A stretch of 62,827 bases of DNA, the filler included. It is 6 parts of 6 records of this genome, joined end to end, with 100 filler letters (N's around TTAATTAATTAA, not from the genome) between each part and the next. Parts side by side here need not be neighbours in the genome. Positions count along the whole stretch, not along the records: positions 12,325 to 29,687 come from SRR2962707_2902; 5 more parts are not named here. One strand, 5' to 3'. The translations under genes and the position numbers were made by a program. The first letter of the stretch is position 1. Every line of letters begins with the position of its first letter. Below are positions 13,225-23,075 of this stretch, piece after piece. The notes beneath the pieces were generated by a model that worked only from the letters and a program-made list of their open reading frames with translations, was not told the origin of the DNA and did no database searches.

Positions 13225-14289
13225 ATGACCCAGATCGACCAGGCTGTTGATATCCGCGAAGGTGAAGAGCTGGATATTGCGGCCGTTGACCGCTTCATGA
13301 AGCAGGCCATCCCGGACCTGGAAGGCGCGCCTGCGATCAAACAGTATCCCGGTGGCGCATCCAATCTGACGTACCAGGTGGACTATGGCGATCGTTCTTA
13401 CGTGTTGCGCCGCCCGCCGTTTGGCCATATTGCTAAGTCTGCCCACGACATGTTGCGGGAAGCCAAGGTGATGCGGGCTCTCAAGCCCGAATTCCCGTAT
13501 GTTCCGAACATTGTCGCCATCTGCGACGACCACGACGTTCTGGGCTGCGATTTTTACATCATGGAGCGCCTGAAAGGCATCATCCTGCGCCAGGATTTCC
13601 CCAAGGACTTTGAGCTCAGTGAGGCGGATACCCGCAAGCTGTGCCTGAATGTGATCGACAAGCTGGTGGACCTGCACAATGTCGATGCCAAGGCCACGGG
13701 CCTCGATAAGCTGGGTAAGGGCGCCGGTTACGTGCAGCGCCAGATTGGCGGCTGGAGTGACCGTTTCCGCAAGGCGAAGACGGATGACGTGGGTGACTTT
13801 GAAGCAGTGATGGGCTGGCTGAACGACAAGATGCCGGACGACGTTGCCCAGGTGGTCATTCACAACGACTACCGCTTTGACAATGTGGTGCTCAATCAGG
13901 ACAACCCGTTCGAGGTGATTGGTGTGCTTGATTGGGAAATGGCGACCATCGGCGACCCGCTGATGGACCTCGGCAACAGCCTGGCCTACTGGATTGAGGC
14001 CGACGACGAGGGCCCGTTCCAGATGCTGCGGCGTCAGCCGACCCACCAGCCGGGCATGCTGACCCGCAAGGAAGTGGTCGCTTACTACGCGGAGAAATCC
14101 GGCCGCAAGATCGACAACTTCGATTTCTACGAGATCTATGGCCTGTTCCGGCTGGCGGTGATCGTCCAGCAGATCTATTACCGTTTTTACCACGGCCAGA
14201 CCAAAGACAAGCGATTCGCCGCCTTTGGCCATGCCGCGAACTACCTGGAAAAACGCTGTCAGCGACTTATCGAGGCGAGTGACCTGTAA
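13225..14289 (+). CDS. Phosphotransferase family protein (APH fold, ACAD10/11 N-terminal-like kinase)
   Basis: GGASNLTY, VLRRPPFG..AKSAHDMLRE, HNDYRFDN (Brenner-type motif), LDWEMATIGDPLMDLG; SD GGGAG upstream. Confidence 0.92.
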   Translation: MTQIDQAVDIREGEELDIAAVDRFMKQAIPDLEGAPAIKQYPGGASNLTYQVDYGDRSYVLRRPPFGHIAKSAHDMLREAKVMRALKPEFPYVPNIVAICDDHDVLGCDFYIMERLKGIILRQDFPKDFELSEADTRKLCLNVIDKLVDLHNVDAKATGLDKLGKGAGYVQRQIGGWSDRFRKAKTDDVGDFEAVMGWLNDKMPDDVAQVVIHNDYRFDNVVLNQDNPFEVIGVLDWEMATIGDPLMDLGNSLAYWIEADDEGPFQMLRRQPTHQPGMLTRKEVVAYYAEKSGRKIDNFDFYEIYGLFRLAVIVQQIYYRFYHGQTKDKRFAAFGHAANYLEKRCQRLIEASDL

Positions 14290-14978
14290 TGGCAACGATC
14301 TATCTGATTCGCCACGGGCAGGCCAGTTTCGGCAAGGAAAACTATGACCAGCTTTCTCCTCGTGGTTGGGAGCAGGGGCGTGTCCTCGGTCGGTGGCTTG
14401 CGGGCAAGGTGACGCCCAACGCTGTCTTTGGCGGCAACATGGAGCGCCACCGGGAAACGGTAGAGGCGATCGCCAGTGGTTACGGTGATGCACTGCCAGA
14501 CATGCAGGCGGTGGATGGCTTCAACGAGTTTGATCATACCCAGGTGGTGGAGCGTTTGCGCCCCGAGTGGCAAGACCGCGAACGCATGGCGCGTGATCTG
14601 GCCGCCTTCCCCAAGCCGGCAAGGGCGTTCCAGCAGGTGTTCGAGGAAGCCATGCAGCGCTGGGTCAGTGGCGGACACGATCACGAATACACCGAAAGTT
14701 GGCAAGCGTTCCGTCAACGGGTGATTACGTCGCTGGAGCAACTGATTGAGTATGCCGACGGTGGCGAGACCCTGGTATCCACATCCGGCGGCCCGATTGC
14801 CGTGATCGCCCAGCACCTGCTGGAACTGAGTGATCGCAAGGCCCTGGATATGAATTCCGTGATTGCCAATACCAGTGTTACCCGGGTTCTGCATTCCGGG
14901 GCCCGGCGCAGCCTGGCGGTGTTCAACAATTACAGTCACCTGGAAGCCGAAGATCCCTCCCTGGTGACCTTCCGATAA
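14289..14978 (+). CDS. Histidine phosphatase family protein
   Basis: N-terminal LIRHGQASFG (RHG motif); TAATG overlap with the upstream stop. Confidence 0.9.
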   Translation: MATIYLIRHGQASFGKENYDQLSPRGWEQGRVLGRWLAGKVTPNAVFGGNMERHRETVEAIASGYGDALPDMQAVDGFNEFDHTQVVERLRPEWQDRERMARDLAAFPKPARAFQQVFEEAMQRWVSGGHDHEYTESWQAFRQRVITSLEQLIEYADGGETLVSTSGGPIAVIAQHLLELSDRKALDMNSVIANTSVTRVLHSGARRSLAVFNNYSHLEAEDPSLVTFR

Positions 14979-14994
14979 CGAACTGAGGTGAAGA

Positions 14995-15765
14995 ATGAGT
15001 AAGCAAGACCTGTTTGATCTGAGTGGGAAAGTGGCCCTGATCACCGGCGCCAGCCGTGGCATCGGCGAGAGCATCGCCCGCACCCTGGCAAACTACGGCG
15101 CCCATGTGATTGTCAGCAGCCGCAAGATTGACGGTTGCGAGGCGGTTGCCAGTAGCATCCGCGAAGCCGGGGGCAGCGCCGAAGCCTATGCCTGCCACAT
15201 TGGCGAAATGGATCAGATTGAAGACATCTGGGAGCACATCGAATCGAAACACGGCAAGCTGGATGTTCTGGTGAACAACGCTGCAGCCAACCCCTATTTC
15301 GGTCCCATCGAAGACACGGATCTGGGCGCCTACCACAAGACGGTGGACGTGAACATTCGCGGCTATTTCTTCATGTGTGCCCGCGGCGCACAGATCATGA
15401 AGAAAAATGGCGGTGGGTCCATTATTAACGTGGCTTCTGTCAATGGCGTAAACCCTGGCCATTTTCAGGGTATCTATTCCGTCACCAAAGCAGCTGTGAT
15501 ATCCATGACAAAGTCCTTCGCCATGGAACTGGGGCAGCAGAAGGTTCGGGTAAACGCCCTGTTGCCGGGGCTGACCGACACCAAGTTCGCCAGTGCGCTG
15601 ACCAGCAACGAAGCCATCAAGAAGCAGGCGATGGCCCACATCCCTATGAAGCGGGTGGCAGACCCGGACGAAATGGCCGGCACGGTCCTTTACCTGGCGT
15701 CGGGTGCTTCCAGCTATACCACAGGCACCTGCATTAACGTGGACGGCGGTTACCTGACGATCTGA
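14995..15765 (+). CDS. SDR oxidoreductase (DHRS4-like)
   Basis: TGASRGIG, VNNAAANP, YSVTK, RVNALLPG, VDGG. Confidence 0.93.
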   Translation: MSKQDLFDLSGKVALITGASRGIGESIARTLANYGAHVIVSSRKIDGCEAVASSIREAGGSAEAYACHIGEMDQIEDIWEHIESKHGKLDVLVNNAAANPYFGPIEDTDLGAYHKTVDVNIRGYFFMCARGAQIMKKNGGGSIINVASVNGVNPGHFQGIYSVTKAAVISMTKSFAMELGQQKVRVNALLPGLTDTKFASALTSNEAIKKQAMAHIPMKRVADPDEMAGTVLYLASGASSYTTGTCINVDGGYLTI

Positions 15766-15781
15766 GCCGGGCGTCCTGACG

Positions 15782-16651
15782 TTAGCCGTTAAGGCTTCCG
15801 GTACCCTCGCTGGTGCAGGCGAGGGTATCGAAATCGCCCTGCATGGTTGCCGCCTGTTCCAGCAAGTGGTCAAGGTGGCGCTGGTCGGCCTGCTGCAGTA
15901 AATCGGTCATCAGGCCGGCCATGGCTGCCCGGCTTTTCGACATCATCCGCTGGTATCGTTCCCCCCGAACTTCTTCGTAGTTGCTCATTAGATAATGAAC
16001 TCGATCTGAAAAATCGTCGCTGTCTCGCGTTGCCAGGGCATCGATTAACGCCTGTTGCCAATTCCGACGCCCCTCCAGCCAGATTTCAGTCTGCTTGCCC
16101 CGGCCTTCCGACCAGGCGTTGACCGTGTCACGCTGTCGCTCGTTGAGGGACCCCAGCCAGCGTTCAACCCGTTCCATCGTGCGCTCGGCCCGGGCTTCCC
16201 GGGTTTGTTCCGGGTTGTCCGCCAGGAACTCGTCTTCCAGCTCTTTTTGGCTCTCTTCCATATTGCTGGCCAACTGTTGAACCTGTTCATCACTGAGGCT
16301 TGATAACAGGCGTGTGGCTGCCGGCCTTGCGCGCTCCATGAGTGGGGGGAAAAAGGAAAGCAGCTGTTCCTGGTGGTGGGTAACGGTGGATTGACTCAGG
16401 TTGCCAGAGCGAACATCGCTTTTTAACTGGGCAAGCCACTTGGAATAGCGTGGCAATTCAGTGGCGCAATGCCATTGGCGGAGGCCACGGATGTCCTGCT
16501 CAAGCCGGGATTCCTGTTCGGCGGTCATGGGTATGTAGTCGTCCACCCACCAGACGATGCCCCAGTCCGCATAGCGATACGCCATCTTGGTGGAGCTGCA
16601 GCCGGCCAGGAGTACGAGGCCCAGCAGCGCAATGGAAACAATCCGAATCAT
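15782..16651 (-). CDS. Lipoprotein, probably DUF6279 family
   Basis: Signal peptide with lipobox LLAGC, then SSTKMAYRYADW..WWVDDY and WHCATELPRY. Confidence 0.75.
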   Translation of the reverse strand: MIRIVSIALLGLVLLAGCSSTKMAYRYADWGIVWWVDDYIPMTAEQESRLEQDIRGLRQWHCATELPRYSKWLAQLKSDVRSGNLSQSTVTHHQEQLLSFFPPLMERARPAATRLLSSLSDEQVQQLASNMEESQKELEDEFLADNPEQTREARAERTMERVERWLGSLNERQRDTVNAWSEGRGKQTEIWLEGRRNWQQALIDALATRDSDDFSDRVHYLMSNYEEVRGERYQRMMSKSRAAMAGLMTDLLQQADQRHLDHLLEQAATMQGDFDTLACTSEGTGSLNG

Positions 16652-16750
16652 GATCGGTCCTCGGGAAAAGCGGGTAACCTGATCCAAAAACGATGAGTGA
16701 CGTATAACACCTTAGAATCAGGTGGAAGCGTTGATTCTTTGCATCTTTTG

Positions 16751-16784
16751 AAAAAACTTGCCCCGGTTGAACCGGGGCTTTTTT
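16751..16784. terminator. Rho-independent terminator downstream of the OmpA gene, possibly bidirectional
   Basis: GCCCCGGTT-G-AACCGGGGC inverted repeat flanked by an A-run and a T-run. Confidence 0.8.
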
Positions 16785-16807
16785 ATGGGTAAGTGGCAGC
16801 GGGGTGA

Positions 16808-17629
16808 TCAATTCTCCCGCGCTTTGATATTGCCCTCTTCGTCGGAGATGACAATCTCTACCCGGCGATTTTGCTGCCTTCCGCCAGAGGTGTCATTGCT
16901 GGCAACGGGGAACTGCTCACCGAACCCTTTTGTCTCAACGCGGCTTCTGCTGATGCCCATATCGACAAGGGTATCGCGAACGGCTTCCGCACGACGCTCG
17001 GACAGGCCCTGATTGTAGGAGGCCTCACCGGTGCTATCGGTGTAGCCTTCCACCCGCACACGCCGGTTCTCATACTCGGCCATGAACTCGGCCAGTCGCC
17101 TGACAGTGGCTTCACCGGAAGATTTCAGTTCGGCCTTGTCGAGGTCGAACAGCACATCTCCGAGGGTCAACACCATTCCCCGGTCGGTTTGCTCTGCCTG
17201 CATGGCTTCCATTTGCAGGCGAAGCTCTTTGGCTTCCCGCCTGGCCTGTGCGGCTTCGTCAGCGCGCATCTGCAGTTCCAGCTCCTTGCGACGCGCTTCC
17301 GCGGAATCAATCTGCTCCTGCAGCTCTGCGCGCTCTCCCTGCTCACCGGCTATTTGTGCATGCCGGTTGGCAAGATAAGCCGCGTGTTCAATCTCGGTAA
17401 CGTCCGCACCGTCCGCGAGCAGAGTTTCAGCACGGGACAATTGCTCCCTTGCGTTCCTCAACTGGCGATCACCACTGCGGGCTACGTTCGGGTCGTTGCG
17501 GATTTCCTCATAGGCGGCCCGTGCTTCATCGACCTTTGCGTTATCCTGGGGCGTGCTGGCGCAGCCTGCCACGAGGACAGAAACGCTTACTGCCATACCC
17601 AAAGTCATGTTGCGCTTGTTCATAACCAT
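16808..17629 (-). CDS. OmpA-family lipoprotein with N-terminal DUF4398-like coiled coil
   Basis: Lipobox LVAGC; C-terminal DVLFDLDKAEL..EGYTDSTG..YNQGLSERRA..NRRVEI. Confidence 0.92.
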   Translation of the reverse strand: MVMNKRNMTLGMAVSVSVLVAGCASTPQDNAKVDEARAAYEEIRNDPNVARSGDRQLRNAREQLSRAETLLADGADVTEIEHAAYLANRHAQIAGEQGERAELQEQIDSAEARRKELELQMRADEAAQARREAKELRLQMEAMQAEQTDRGMVLTLGDVLFDLDKAELKSSGEATVRRLAEFMAEYENRRVRVEGYTDSTGEASYNQGLSERRAEAVRDTLVDMGISRSRVETKGFGEQFPVASNDTSGGRQQNRRVEIVISDEEGNIKAREN

Positions 17630-17650
17630 CTCCCGTTTCCGATGAGGCCT

Positions 17651-18025
17651 TTACTGGCGTTCGTCGATTCGCTTGCGAAGAGACTCAATATTGCGATTGA
17701 CCTCATCAACCGCTTGTCTTGCTTTCGCGGTTTCCGAGCGAGCGCCGGCCAGTTGCGCATCCACGGCTGCCTTTTCGAGTAAGCGGCTTGCGTCAAGGTA
17801 TTGTTCGCGATTGATCAATTCCTCGGCATCCGCAACCCGGTTCTGAGCCTGATTCAAGAGTACGGGTTCAAAATCCCTGGCATCGGACGACACCGCCTGC
17901 TGAATGGCAGACTCGGCGGACCGGAGTTCACCATCCGGCCGCTCAACCGAACTGGCGCAGCCCCCGGCAATGACAGCGATGCTGATTACACCTGCAGCAC
18001 CTAACATCGAAGTATGCTTGCTCAT
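17651..18025 (-). CDS. DUF4398-family lipoprotein
   Basis: Lipobox AGGC, Ala-rich helical body ending AAVDAQLAGAR; in the usual position upstream of the OmpA gene; SD AAGGAG. Confidence 0.8.
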   Translation of the reverse strand: MSKHTSMLGAAGVISIAVIAGGCASSVERPDGELRSAESAIQQAVSSDARDFEPVLLNQAQNRVADAEELINREQYLDASRLLEKAAVDAQLAGARSETAKARQAVDEVNRNIESLRKRIDERQ

Positions 18026-18338
18026 GCACAATCTCCTTCCAGTGAGGAACGGGGCGATATAGCCCCGTCCAGACTCTTGTTGGTACTTGTCTTTGGCGAC
18101 ACCCCTGAAGGCTCCGCCAATTTAAGCACCTAGTGCTACTGCTACGCATAAGATTAGCAGCGGGATCTGATTACGGCATGAAGGTATGGAAATAAACTTG
18201 GTAGGGAGAGGCGTCGCTACAACGGATCTGTTGCCGAATGCGCCACAAAAGGTTGCGGGTGCGGGGGGTGGGCTTTGGGCCGGCAAATGACAGAACGGTA
18301 ACCACCGAAACCCGGCAGCTACCGCTTATTGGTGTGGT

Positions 18339-19916
18339 TCAGCGTATTTTTGTGCCGCCGGATTGAGCCCTGGAGAGGGTGGTTCCGGTGGGCGGACGGT
18401 AGTGAAGGGAGTAGATAATCCGGTCCAGCACGGCCTGACCATTCCAGGCAGGGTCGTTGTTGACCATGCCGACAATGGCCCAGGTGGTGTCGGTGTCGTC
18501 GCGGGTGAAGCCTGCAATGGAGCGCACGTTCTCAAGGTAACCTGTCTTGATGCGCCCTTTGCCGTCCAGGCCGGAATTCCGCAGCCGTCTGGCCATGGTG
18601 CCATCCATCGCAATCAACGGCATGGAGGCCATCAGGTCCGAAGCGAAAGGGCTGTTCCAGGCGTGCTGCAGAATCTGCGCACCCTGGCGCGCTGTAATAC
18701 GGCCGTCGCGTGTCAGACCCGCACCGTTTTCGATCACCAGGCCAGCGGTATTGACGCCTTTTTCCTGTAGCCACTCGTTAACGACGCGAATACCGGCCAC
18801 ACGATCGTCTTCTTCATCTTCCAGGCGATTCTCAGCACCGATGGTAAGAAGCAACTGGCGAGCCATCACGTTGCTGCTCCACTTGTTGATGTCCCTAACC
18901 ATCGTTACCAGATCCGGAGACGTGGTCCTCAGCAACAGGCGGGCGTCATCCGGCGTTTTGGCCAGCAGGCTCTTGCCGTTGATGTCGATACCCATGTCTG
19001 ACAGCAGTGAACGTATCATGGATGCGGTGTACTGTTCGTGAGGCAGAAGCGACAGATAGGCCGTGGTGCGGCAGCCCTGCGGTAATTCGCCTGACACCCG
19101 AACGGTGACCCGGTGATCCTCGTGGAAAAACGGCTCCCAGGTAAAATGACGGCGAGCGGGGCAGGGGGCTTCCGCAGTAGCGATCACTCGATTGTCGATC
19201 ACCACGTCGTTCAGTGAAGGCGCGCTCCAGGCCTGTGTTCCGCGTTCATCTGCGCGAACCTGAAAGTGAACGAGGTTGAGATTGCTCAGGTATGGCGACG
19301 GCTTTACCAGAAACGGAGCGTGGGGGTTGTCACCGTTGTCGTCGAAAACGGGTTGCTCGTCTGCGATGCGGAACACATCACCGTCCAGCACCAGGTTGCC
19401 GTTGATGGCACTGATACCCATCCCGCGAAGCTCGTTCAGGGTGCTCCAGAGCCGTTCAATGGTCAGCTTGGGATCACCCCCCATGTCAACGTAGAAATTG
19501 CCGTTGAGGGTATCGCCCACAAGCTCGCCATCGGTGTAGAAGCTGGTGTCCCAATGATGGGTTGGCCCCAGGATTTCCAGCGCCGCATAGGTGGTGACCA
19601 GCTTCATGATAGAACCGGGGCTCATCAAGGCATCTGCATTGATGTACTGCTCGATGCCCGGCCCGTTCATGGGGATGGCCGCGAGGCTCAGCGCCTGTTC
19701 GTCGTTCAGGGATTCGGTGGCGTAATCCCGCACCTGATTGCTCCAGGTCTTATTGGTGCCACCAGCCTCGGCTGACTCCGAAGCAAAGGCACCGGCAGAC
19801 CCGACTGCCAGGACTGCAGCCATGGTGGAGGCCACCATGCCACGGGCCACCCGACCATGCTGGCGGATAGTTCCATAACGGGACGTGTTCGGGTGGCGTC
19901 GTGCCTTCAGCAACAT
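18339..19916 (-). CDS. dacB: D-Ala-D-Ala carboxypeptidase/endopeptidase (PBP4, peptidase S13); start uncertain
   Basis: PGSIMK (SxxK), GGDPKL, WSSN (SxN), ENGAGL, IKTG motifs. Confidence 0.9.
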   Translation of the reverse strand: MLLKARRHPNTSRYGTIRQHGRVARGMVASTMAAVLAVGSAGAFASESAEAGGTNKTWSNQVRDYATESLNDEQALSLAAIPMNGPGIEQYINADALMSPGSIMKLVTTYAALEILGPTHHWDTSFYTDGELVGDTLNGNFYVDMGGDPKLTIERLWSTLNELRGMGISAINGNLVLDGDVFRIADEQPVFDDNGDNPHAPFLVKPSPYLSNLNLVHFQVRADERGTQAWSAPSLNDVVIDNRVIATAEAPCPARRHFTWEPFFHEDHRVTVRVSGELPQGCRTTAYLSLLPHEQYTASMIRSLLSDMGIDINGKSLLAKTPDDARLLLRTTSPDLVTMVRDINKWSSNVMARQLLLTIGAENRLEDEEDDRVAGIRVVNEWLQEKGVNTAGLVIENGAGLTRDGRITARQGAQILQHAWNSPFASDLMASMPLIAMDGTMARRLRNSGLDGKGRIKTGYLENVRSIAGFTRDDTDTTWAIVGMVNNDPAWNGQAVLDRIIYSLHYRPPTGTTLSRAQSGGTKIR

Positions 19917-20129
19917 GGTGTGGCGCTCATTGATTCCAAGTGCATTAACAATAGCCCATATTCTAAGCGTGTACTATGTGGAAAGGCTCTACATGACGTT
20001 AAAAAATGCCAGTAGGGGCGTTGTTTATATTGCGTTTTTGTTAACGGATGTAAGCGCCCATGCTAATCAACTGGTTAGCATTTGTACAACCTCTTGATTA
20101 GTATGATGGAAACAGAAAATGGAGTGAGT

Positions 20130-21053
20130 ATGGCGCACGAACTGACTCGACGGCGATTTCTGGCTGCCATGGCCGCGGCAGGTCTTTCATGTCGAATGCC
20201 TGCGCTGATGGCTGCTCCGAAGGGGGATGCGATGATGAATCCCATTCCTTCCTCCGGCGAACGGTTGCCTGCCGTTGGCATGGGCACCTGGCGTACCTTC
20301 AATGTCGGCGGTGACCAGTACCTGATTGATCAGCGTACCGAGGTACTGAAAACCTTTTTCGATCTCGGTGGCACCCTGGTGGACTGCTCACCCATGTACG
20401 GCTCGGCGGCAGAGGTGATGGGTGAGGCACTGGACACCCTCAATGCCCGTGAAAAACTGTTTTCCGCCACCAAGATCTGGACCGGAGACGGCGATGCAAC
20501 CCGGCAACAGGACCGGGAATCCCGCAGGAAGTGGGGCATAGAGCGTTTTGACCTGCAGCAGGTACACAACCTGGTGGCCTGGCAGCAACATTTGGCAACC
20601 TTACAGCAAATGAAGGCCGATGGTGACGTGCGCTATATCGGCATTACCACCTCCCATGGCCGCAGGCACGGAGACTTTGCACGCATCATGGAGACGGAAC
20701 CGCTGGACTTTGTGCAGCTGACCTACAACGTGCTGGACAGGGAGGCGGAAGACCGACTGCTGCCTTTGGCGAGGGAACGCGGGATCGCCGTGATTGCGAA
20801 CCGGCCCTTCCAGGGCGGGCGACTGTTCCGGCGCTTCCAGTCCGAAGCACTGCCGCCCTGGGCCGATGAGGTGGGCTGCCGCAACTGGGCGGAGTTTTTC
20901 CTGAAGTACATCCTTTCCCACCCGGCGGTTACCTGTGCCATTCCGGCCACCACCAGCGTTGAGCATATGAAGGAGAACATGGGCGCCCTATACGGTGCTT
21001 TGCCGGATGAGAAACAACGGCGCCGAATGGCGGCCTATGTCGCAGGGCTGTGA
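20130..21053 (+). CDS. Aldo/keto reductase with twin-arginine-like N-terminus
   Basis: TRRRFL leader; GMGTW, DCSPMYG, ATK, DLQQVHNL, RYIGIT, IPAT motifs. Confidence 0.88.
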   Translation: MAHELTRRRFLAAMAAAGLSCRMPALMAAPKGDAMMNPIPSSGERLPAVGMGTWRTFNVGGDQYLIDQRTEVLKTFFDLGGTLVDCSPMYGSAAEVMGEALDTLNAREKLFSATKIWTGDGDATRQQDRESRRKWGIERFDLQQVHNLVAWQQHLATLQQMKADGDVRYIGITTSHGRRHGDFARIMETEPLDFVQLTYNVLDREAEDRLLPLARERGIAVIANRPFQGGRLFRRFQSEALPPWADEVGCRNWAEFFLKYILSHPAVTCAIPATTSVEHMKENMGALYGALPDEKQRRRMAAYVAGL

Positions 21054-21736
21054 TGGGGACCACCTGGCTCAGCTATTCCCTGGCGGATTTCCTGATGTTC
21101 GGGCCGGAGGTGTTTCTTCGGCTCTTTGTTCGCATCAACCAGGACATCTGGCCATGGCAGGGTGTTGCGGTGGTGATGGTGATCGCGATTGGCGCCTTGC
21201 TGGTACGTGGGGACGCGATGGCGAGGCGCGGTACACTGTTGCTGGTGGCTGCGGCCTGGCTATGGAGCGGGGCTGGCTTCCTGATGCATTACTACGGGCC
21301 GATCAATCTGCCGGCGATCTGGTTCGGCTGGGCCTTTGTCCTGCAGGGTGCATTACTGACGGTGGCGGGGCTGTTCTGGCCCTGGAGCGCAACGAACCGT
21401 CCGATATGGTCTCGCTGGCTGATGGGCATTGGCTGGATCGCATTGATGGGGTTGTCGCCTCTCATCGCCGTCGCTCAAACCGGCAATGGTCAGGCAGCAG
21501 CGCTGTTCGCCGTTACACCGGACGTCACGGCGTTGGGCGCGATGCCCTGCATGCTGCTGTTTCCCCGCCGGGTGCGGTGGCTGTTTCTATTATTACCACT
21601 GATATGGTCACTGTTCAGCGTGGCGACCCTTTGGACATTAGGCACCTGGGTGCTGGCGGTCATTCCGGGTACCACGCTGGTATTGGCGGCGATGGCCTGC
21701 TTCGTCAGTCCCAGGCAGGCGCGAAATCCGGATTAG
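21050..21736 (+). CDS. Multi-pass membrane protein (DUF6064-like), overlapping the AKR stop
   Basis: WLSYSLADFLMFGPEVFLRLF N-terminus and about 7 hydrophobic segments. Confidence 0.7.
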   Translation: MMGTTWLSYSLADFLMFGPEVFLRLFVRINQDIWPWQGVAVVMVIAIGALLVRGDAMARRGTLLLVAAAWLWSGAGFLMHYYGPINLPAIWFGWAFVLQGALLTVAGLFWPWSATNRPIWSRWLMGIGWIALMGLSPLIAVAQTGNGQAAALFAVTPDVTALGAMPCMLLFPRRVRWLFLLLPLIWSLFSVATLWTLGTWVLAVIPGTTLVLAAMACFVSPRQARNPD

Positions 21737-22514
21737 CGATTCGCTCACCACGGTCCAGACTGTTAATTTCCGCAATTTCATCCTCGCTGAGCGTGATGTT
21801 CAGCGCGTCGAGGTTGGATTTCTGGTGCTTGGGCCGGGTTGACGACGGAATCGGTACAATCCCTCTAGAGGCTACCCAGGCAATGGCAATCTGCGCAGCA
21901 GACGCATTATGTTCGCGGCCAATGCGAGCCAGGGTTTCATCGTCCATTACCTTGCCCACCGCCAGCGGCATGTAACCGGTTACGGTTATGCCCAGCTTCT
22001 GGGCATGCTCCACCACCTTGCGGTTGGCCAGGAACGGATGCACTTCCACTTGGTTGGTGAAAATCGCCGTGTCACCCAGTATTTCCTTTGCCTTGTCCAT
22101 TTGCGCGCAGGTGAAGTTGGACAGCCCGATGTGGGTGGTTAGCCCTTCGCGTTGCGCGTCGCGCAGTGCGCCCAGGTATTCCTCCATGGGGATGGCGTCG
22201 CCCGGCGATGGCCAATGAATCAGTGTGAGGTCGACATGGTCGGTCTTCAGTCGCGACAGGCTGTCGTGCAGACTGTTGATCAGGTCGCTGTGCTGGAGCT
22301 GGTCGTGCCACACTTTTGTGGTCAGGAAAATCTCCCGTCGCGGAATACCGCTTGAGGTAATGCCATCGCCTACTTCAGCCTCATTCCCGTACATCTGGGC
22401 GGTATCGATATGCCGGTAGCCAAGGGAAAGGGCACTCTTCACGGCGTCTCTTGCATCGTTGCCCTTCAGGCGGAATGTACCCATACCGATGTTCGGAAGT
22501 GTGCTGAATGCCAT
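21705..22514 (-). CDS. dkgB: 2,5-didehydrogluconate reductase B-like aldo/keto reductase
   Basis: GMGTFRL, GYRHIDTAQMYGNE, DLTLIHWP, IGLSNF, NQVEVHPFL, C-terminal PDFAPAWD. Confidence 0.85.
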   Translation of the reverse strand: MAFSTLPNIGMGTFRLKGNDARDAVKSALSLGYRHIDTAQMYGNEAEVGDGITSSGIPRREIFLTTKVWHDQLQHSDLINSLHDSLSRLKTDHVDLTLIHWPSPGDAIPMEEYLGALRDAQREGLTTHIGLSNFTCAQMDKAKEILGDTAIFTNQVEVHPFLANRKVVEHAQKLGITVTGYMPLAVGKVMDDETLARIGREHNASAAQIAIAWVASRGIVPIPSSTRPKHQKSNLDALNITLSEDEIAEINSLDRGERIANPDFAPAWD

Positions 22515-22637
22515 AGTGTCCTCCTTCGTGAACGCTGTGACTTATATGTGGTGCCCACCCGCTGGTTCTTCAAGTGGCGGGTGGTTATCATACCGGCCTT
22601 CGGAACCCGCAAGCGAAACCATGGTTGAGGTCACGTT

Positions 22638-23051
22638 ATGCTGACAGGGCAATGCCTGTGCGGCGATATAAAACTTGAATACGACGGCCCTCTGGGGCCG
22701 ATTGCCCTGTGCCACTGTAGACAGTGCCGCCGGGCTCACGGCAGTGCATTTTCCGCCAGTTCGCCGATCCAGAAAATCCGTACCCGTTTTACAGCGGGTG
22801 AGGACCTGATCCGTGAATACGAATCCCGGCCGGGAAAGTACCGTGGGTTCTGCCCCAGGTGCGGTAGCCAGTTATACAGCCGCGTGGATGCCATCCCCGG
22901 TATACTGCGCCTGCGGGTGGGTGTGATCAATGAGCCCCTGGAAAAGGGGCCGGCATCACACGTTTATGTGGGCTCCAAGTCGGACTGGTTCACCATCACC
23001 GACGATACCCCGCAGTTTGAGAAAACCGAGAGAACCAACGATCCTCACTGA
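22638..23051 (+). CDS. GFA (glutathione-dependent formaldehyde-activating) family protein
   Basis: GQCLCG, CHCRQCRR, FCPRCGS zinc ligands. Confidence 0.9.
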   Translation: MLTGQCLCGDIKLEYDGPLGPIALCHCRQCRRAHGSAFSASSPIQKIRTRFTAGEDLIREYESRPGKYRGFCPRCGSQLYSRVDAIPGILRLRVGVINEPLEKGPASHVYVGSKSDWFTITDDTPQFEKTERTNDPH

Positions 23052-23075
23052 CGCGTCGTTGCTTTTTTCGTCGAA

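Noticed and set aside
13192-14493. Long antisense ORFs in the bacterial contigs (also 12269-13198, 16871-17782, 26403-27569, 54955-56169)
   Set aside because: These are shadow ORFs of GC-rich codon bias opposite well-supported genes.
22555-22584. Hairpin CCACCCGC..GCGGGTGG upstream of dkgB (also a hairpin at 18049-18068)
   Set aside because: Short stems with no recognisable riboswitch or terminator features; not enough to call.
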